Shown here piece by piece: positions 59,709 through 64,000 of a stretch of 64,000 nt of DNA; the stretch's first letter is position 1; every line of letters begins with the position of its first letter. The notes beneath the pieces were generated by a model, which saw only the letters and a program-made list of their open reading frames with translations, had not been told where the DNA came from and searched no databases. Source of the stretch: a virus; the IMG/VR virus record IMGVR_UViG_3300046008_000291, positions 96,001 through 160,000 of that record; one strand, given 5' to 3'. Both the position numbers and the translations under genes were made by a program.

Positions 59709-60667
59709 ATTTTATAATACTCAGAATTAATAAACCAGTTATAATATTTGTAAAAACCTTGTTCTACATCTACTGTAGGTGTGTAGCCTAAATCTTGTTG
59801 AGCACGGCTAATATCTAATTGACCGCGTTTAGGAAAACTCAAATCTCGTGGACCAACTACTAATTGCCCTTGACCGGCAATTTTAATAGCAAGTTCGGCA
59901 GCATCTTTAAGTGTCCATTGACGTTGCTCACTGCGTGTGATATTATAGATGTTACCATTGGCCTTATCAAGTGTTGCGGCCAATACAATACCTTGAGCAG
60001 TATCTTCTACATAGGTAAAGTCCAGAACTTCATCTGGACCATGCACCTTAAGAGTCTGACCTCGCATGGCAGCCAGCATGAACTTACTGACCACACGGTC
60101 TTCGACATCCCACTCACCATATACAGCACTAGGACGAATAATCACATGCTCAAAGCATCCACGTCGACTATAGTCTTCTACAAGTTTCTCGCCCATGTAT
60201 TTCATAATACCATATTGGCCCTGCGGAGTACAATGAGCTGATTCTGTAACATCTGAGGTAAAGTCACCGTATACCATACTAGAACTTATATAGACAAACT
60301 TTTTAATATTATGTTCTTTGCTTAATTCTAGTAGGTTGATCAACCCAGTAGTCATAACTTCACTGGCTAGTGCAGGATCTTGTTCTACTACTTTTTGTCT
60401 AGGAAAGCTGGCCATATGAATAATCACATCTGGCTGTTCAGTAGCAAACAAGCTGTTTAATCGTGTTTGGTCACGTATATCAATTTTATACGTTTCGCTG
60501 GTGTAGCGAGTGCGTCTGTGCGCAGCCAAGTATATAATCTCTGCAGTAGGGATAAAACCGTAGTTAGTAAATGTGTCTACTACAACACATTCATGACCTA
60601 GTGCTTCTAAGAAACGTGTAACATTGTGCCCAATAAAGCCAGCACCACCTGTGATAAGATATTTCAT
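59705..60667 (-). CDS. NAD-dependent epimerase/dehydratase (extended SDR)
   Basis: TGGAGFIG, ISSSMVYG, YGIMK (YxxxK), RPSAVYG, DFTYVED. Confidence 0.93.
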   Translation of the reverse strand: MKYLITGGAGFIGHNVTRFLEALGHECVVVDTFTNYGFIPTAEIIYLAAHRRTRYTSETYKIDIRDQTRLNSLFATEQPDVIIHMASFPRQKVVEQDPALASEVMTTGLINLLELSKEHNIKKFVYISSSMVYGDFTSDVTESAHCTPQGQYGIMKYMGEKLVEDYSRRGCFEHVIIRPSAVYGEWDVEDRVVSKFMLAAMRGQTLKVHGPDEVLDFTYVEDTAQGIVLAATLDKANGNIYNITRSEQRQWTLKDAAELAIKIAGQGQLVVGPRDLSFPKRGQLDISRAQQDLGYTPTVDVEQGFYKYYNWFINSEYYKI

Positions 60668-60825
60668 CTACCGCGGCCCGCTGATTTTTTAGTAGGCTTG
60701 TTACTAGCAACTTTACCTTTAGGTGTGCCCTTGCCAGTATCAACGGTTAAGTTGGTATGAGTGATGTTTTGTTCTGCTTGTTTCTTTTCTAATGCCTGCT
60801 TGACTAAATCTTTAAGTGATGCCAT
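60664..60825 (-). CDS. Small Lys-rich protein (53 aa)
   Basis: Manual translation MASLKDLVKQALEKKQAEQNITHTNLTVDTGKGTPKGKVASNKPTKKSAGRGR; AAGGA SD; stop overlaps the next ATG (ATGA). Confidence 0.72.
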   Translation of the reverse strand: MASLKDLVKQALEKKQAEQNITHTNLTVDTGKGTPKGKVASNKPTKKSAGRGR

Positions 60826-60845
60826 TGTTCTATTCCTTAGATAGT

Positions 60846-61142
60846 TTATAAAAATCTTAGTGCATAATCTGTATATTGTATTTGAGACACGTCACCGTAG
60901 AATACAATTTGTTTTAGATCGAGCATATAATTATCGTCAGCAGCCCACTGTAACTTTACTCCGTTGTCTTCTACCCATTGTGCCTGCGGCGTAAGATTAA
61001 ATTTTTCTGCCACCTTACGAAATATTTCGTATTCACTGGCTTCATTATTAGGCACTGAGCCGATGAAAAATCGAACACGTCGAGTGTTTTCAGTCTTAGA
61101 CTGCCATTGGTGCTGATATTGGTGCAAGTGAGTTATAGCCAT
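60846..61142 (-). CDS. Hypothetical protein (start uncertain)
   Basis: Fills the gap between thyA and the 53-aa ORF; the first codons overlap thyA, so the true start may be later. Confidence 0.5.
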   Translation of the reverse strand: MAITHLHQYQHQWQSKTENTRRVRFFIGSVPNNEASEYEIFRKVAEKFNLTPQAQWVEDNGVKLQWAADDNYMLDLKQIVFYGDVSQIQYTDYALRFL

Positions 61143-61974
61143 CTAGTCTAAAGTCTTCCATGGTAAATTTAGTAATATCAGTAACAGCTGGATTGATCCA
61201 AAGTTGTGGTGCAGGTAAGGGTTCACGTGATAGTTGTTCTTTTACCTGATCTACATGATTCAAATATATGTGTGCGTCACCGAGTACGTGAACAAACTCG
61301 CCTACCCCAAGGCCACACACTTGGGCTACCATATGCGTTAGCAGGCTGTAGGACGCTATATTAAAAGGCACGCCTAAAAACATATCGCATGATCGTTGAT
61401 ACATTTGACACGACAACTTATTATCTGCACTTACGTAAAACTGTGCAAAACAATGACACGGTGGTAGAGCCATAGAGCTTAATTCTCCCGGATTCCACGC
61501 AGTTAATATGTGTCTACGTCCATACGGATCTGTTTTGATATTGTGAATAAGTTCTGCTAATTGATCTATTTCTACTGGCTCACTTTCACTCGAGCTAACC
61601 CAACGTTTTAATTGTGTACGCCAGTGACGCCACTGTACACCGTATACACGACCTAGATCACCCGGAAACTTAGCATTGGGTTTCCAATATGGTGATGTTG
61701 CATTGTCTGTCCATATAGTACGTTTACCACTATCGCGTGTACCGTGTAGTATTTCTGCTAGTCTGCGTTCATCACCACTACCTTCAATAAACCAAAGTAG
61801 TTCACTGAGACAGGCTTTGAATGCTAGTTTTTTGGTAGTAACAGCTGGAAAGCCCTTGCTCAAGTCATAGCGTTGTTGCATACCAAATATGCCAATTGTG
61901 CCAGTGCCTGTGCGATCTTCTCGTACAGTGCCATTATTTAAAACTGTATGTAATGCGTCAAGATATGTTTTCAT
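61096..61974 (-). CDS. thyA: Thymidylate synthase
   Basis: GFPAVTTKK, YGVQWR, ALPPCH, YQRSCDMFLGVPFNIASY, HIYLNH. Confidence 0.97.
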   Translation of the reverse strand: MKTYLDALHTVLNNGTVREDRTGTGTIGIFGMQQRYDLSKGFPAVTTKKLAFKACLSELLWFIEGSGDERRLAEILHGTRDSGKRTIWTDNATSPYWKPNAKFPGDLGRVYGVQWRHWRTQLKRWVSSSESEPVEIDQLAELIHNIKTDPYGRRHILTAWNPGELSSMALPPCHCFAQFYVSADNKLSCQMYQRSCDMFLGVPFNIASYSLLTHMVAQVCGLGVGEFVHVLGDAHIYLNHVDQVKEQLSREPLPAPQLWINPAVTDITKFTMEDFRLDGYNSLAPISAPMAV

Positions 61975-62653
61975 GTGTAATTAGATATTCAAAAAGTTTT
62001 CGATGGGCATGCCGATTTGGGTGTCTTCCGTCGGGCCAAAATAATTCTTTATTATCAAAAATTGAGTCCTGTAATGTTTTATTATATATTAGATTGTCCA
62101 AGCTGTCAACATCGAAATGCCGCCAGGATTGATCGATCCAGTCCGAAAACCAAATTTTAGGATGAATAAACGCGGGCATTAACAATTCGGGTATGCTGGG
62201 AATAACAGGAGATAAATTTGTATACTGTTCAATTAATTCTAGATTTAATTTGCTACATCCGCCTAGGCATATAATTTTTTTATCAAATGAATTTAATATT
62301 TTATAGGTATTATCTATTAGACTATTCTGTTTGGTAAGTAAATTCTCAAATGTATCAACCCATTTATCTCCATATGGACGTAGATCGCGGATAGGATCTG
62401 TTTGAAACCATATAATATGATCGTAGCATCGTAACTCTAATTGTTGTAATTTTACTAATATTTCTTTATTAGATGCACCACCTTGGGAAATATTAGTAAC
62501 AGCATGACCTAGTTCTAATAGATAGTACTCTAAACCACGGTGAGTAATAATATAAGACTCATCTAATTCATCACCATCTTCCCACTTCCGTTCGCCGGCT
62601 CCCCACCCCCATTCGCCACACCCCCACGAATCGCCTGCAATTAATATTTTCAT
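61958..62653 (-). CDS. SGNH/GDSL-like hydrolase or acyltransferase
   Basis: LIAGDSWGCGEW, NISQGGASN, WFQT, DGRHPNRHAH. Confidence 0.68.
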   Translation of the reverse strand: MKILIAGDSWGCGEWGWGAGERKWEDGDELDESYIITHRGLEYYLLELGHAVTNISQGGASNKEILVKLQQLELRCYDHIIWFQTDPIRDLRPYGDKWVDTFENLLTKQNSLIDNTYKILNSFDKKIICLGGCSKLNLELIEQYTNLSPVIPSIPELLMPAFIHPKIWFSDWIDQSWRHFDVDSLDNLIYNKTLQDSIFDNKELFWPDGRHPNRHAHRKLFEYLITHENIS

Positions 62654-63156
62654 TATTTAAAAAACATTACTCGATCCCACGTTTCGTAGGTGCAGTTGTC
62701 ACCGGGCTTAACTGATTTAATTTGAAAGCATGCCAGCATACTTTCCAACTGAATACGTGTGTCAGTAAACCAAGCACCTTTGATTCGTGTAAGTAATACT
62801 CTATCAACAATACTTTCTGTTGCTTCGTATAACTGTCGACCACCAATAACATACACATCTTTAGAGGGATTATCCTTTTGTAACTGTAGTATATTCTCTA
62901 CAGGGTTACTAGGAATCCATTTAACCAGGTGTTGATATTGTTGTGCTACATGTCGGCTACTAACAACATAGTTTTCACGATTGGGCAATGGCTTAGGCAT
63001 CTTAGGATCATCCCAAGTGTTACGACCCATGACTACAATATTACCTGTAGTGTGTTGAGCAAACCAACGCATATCTTCTTTATTATGTGGCCAAGGCAAG
63101 GTACCTCTGTTACCAATACCTCCAGTATTGGTAGAAGCTAAAATTGATATAATCAT
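62653..63156 (-). CDS. folA: Dihydrofolate reductase
   Basis: GGIGNRGTLPW, EDMRWF, VVMGRNTW, PLPNRENYVVS, VIGG. Confidence 0.95.
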   Translation of the reverse strand: MIISILASTNTGGIGNRGTLPWPHNKEDMRWFAQHTTGNIVVMGRNTWDDPKMPKPLPNRENYVVSSRHVAQQYQHLVKWIPSNPVENILQLQKDNPSKDVYVIGGRQLYEATESIVDRVLLTRIKGAWFTDTRIQLESMLACFQIKSVKPGDNCTYETWDRVMFFK

Positions 63157-63509
63157 AGGTTCTTAAGTACCTTGTCTGTCTCGGGTTGAACAGCGCCAAC
63201 TACTTTATCAATGTCAATAAAGAAGTCTACAGTTTCAATATACTCGTCTAGGTCTTGAAACTTAGCATTGAGCAAATCTTCAATATCATCTGGGTCCTGT
63301 CCGTCATCGAGTAATTGTTTAACATCAATTGAAAGGTCAGTGCCATCAACGAGCTTAACGATAATACGTTGTAGCACGGTAACTGGCACTTCCTTTTTAT
63401 CAACGTCTCTAACAATATCTTGCCAACGTTTCTTAACACTCATGTTAAGTTTCTTGCCTGGTGTAGCTTTACGCCGCGGCTTTTTTGGTTGTGGTAGGTT
63501 TTCTGGCAT
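63153..63509 (-). CDS. Hypothetical protein (basic N-terminus, acidic C-terminus)
   Basis: 118-aa ORF overlapping both neighbours in the operon. Confidence 0.7.
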   Translation of the reverse strand: MPENLPQPKKPRRKATPGKKLNMSVKKRWQDIVRDVDKKEVPVTVLQRIIVKLVDGTDLSIDVKQLLDDGQDPDDIEDLLNAKFQDLDEYIETVDFFIDIDKVVGAVQPETDKVLKNL

Positions 63510-64000
63510 TTGTTTTCTTCGCAGGAGTTGTTGTTGTAGTTGCTTTTGCTACTTTTGCCTTAGTTACCTTAGGTGCTAGTGCGTTTGCTTCTTCTTTTAA
63601 TCTTTTAGCTTCAGCCAATAAACTCTTAGCTTCAGATTCCATTTTATTGGCCTGTGCTATGCGTTGATTTGCAATATCAGCATCGGACAATACACCATCT
63701 GTGTTAACACTAGCTGATGTAGTATTTACACTTTCTGCCGTAGTTCTTGCCGGCTCACCTAACTCTCTACCTTCCCATCTTTGCCCTTGATCTGCCTTGG
63801 CTAATTTTTCAGTTGCGGCTTCACCTTTAGCAATTTCATTTAGTAAAGTGTTTAATTCATCTAAGCGTACTGAACTAGCTGAAGTTGGTGTTACAATAAC
63901 TTGGTTAGTTGGTACTTTTGACATCAACCCACCGCGGTGAATTGTAGTTAAACAATTTTGACCATCTGCCATAGTATGACGGAATAGTGCATCAGCAAAG
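63469..64000 (-). CDS. Hypothetical protein, N-terminus outside the window; coiled coil with Lys/Thr/Ala-rich tail
   Basis: Frame is open to the window end; ORF track shows 63469-63972. Confidence 0.7.
   Translation of the reverse strand, partial: FADALFRHTMADGQNCLTTIHRGGLMSKVPTNQVIVTPTSASSVRLDELNTLLNEIAKGEAATEKLAKADQGQRWEGRELGEPARTTAESVNTTSASVNTDGVLSDADIANQRIAQANKMESEAKSLLAEAKRLKEEANALAPKVTKAKVAKATTTTTPAKKTNARKPTTTKKAAA

Noticed and set aside
35258-60667. Island as a bacterial O-antigen/capsule locus (host contamination or prophage flank)
   Set aside because: No flippase, polymerase or transporter genes are visible, gene packing is phage-like, and paralogous rSAM/SGNH genes are interleaved with phage core genes elsewhere in the window. 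A chimera cannot be fully excluded without reads.
61096-61974. thyA homologue as a dCMP hydroxymethylase or other base-modifying enzyme
   Set aside because: It retains the canonical YQRSCD..LGVPFNIASY with Asn at the dUMP-specificity position (Asp in dCMP hydroxymethylases) and lies near DHFR.
66-63667. Numerous 60-170 aa ORFs nested in or antisense to long genes
   Set aside because: They are fully overlapped by well-supported genes and show no motifs or SD; treated as shadow ORFs.
1-64000. Stop-codon recoding as seen in some large phages
   Set aside because: Genes are full length in the standard code, and TAA, TAG (32874, 34172, 35181) and TGA (38382, 42957) all end genes at coupled junctions.
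1-64000. tRNA, rRNA or structured ncRNA genes
   Set aside because: The largest intergenic gap is about 125 bp and is occupied by promoter motifs; no cloverleaf was recognised by eye.

Overview
This 64 kb window is part of a large AT-rich T4-like myovirus (jumbo-phage-type) genome with near-continuous coding in the standard genetic code. It has four blocks. (1) 1-6445, minus strand: late sigma factor gp55, gp47 and gp46 recombination genes, with a radical-SAM gene, a possible sulfotransferase and an SGNH-like gene inserted between them. (2) 6571-35181, plus strand: a late baseplate/tail-fibre module (gp48/54-like, gp53, gp27-like hub, gp5 spike with a lysozyme-like domain, gp25, gp6, a 4504-aa giant virion protein, paralogous fibres), mostly preceded by ATAAATA late-promoter boxes. 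(3) 35258-55161, plus strand: a 20-gene run with no intergenic gaps, opened by a near-consensus sigma70 promoter. It encodes several glycosyltransferase-like proteins, five tandem radical-SAM genes (six domains, all with an N-terminal twitch/SPASM-like Cys domain), SGNH-like proteins, a NodU/CmcH carbamoyltransferase, an APS-kinase-like protein and dCMP deaminase. (4) 55121-64000, minus strand: an amino-sugar module (2 SDR epimerase/dehydratases, 2 DegT aminotransferases, a Gfo/Idh/MocA oxidoreductase, a PIG-L deacetylase), then thyA, an SGNH-like gene and DHFR. The most striking signal is the ~25 kb phage-encoded glycan/radical-SAM tailoring island next to the tail-fibre genes; its target (virion, DNA or host surface) is unknown. 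Family assignments come from motif reading only; no database searches were run. No tRNA, rRNA, CRISPR array or mobile element was recognised.
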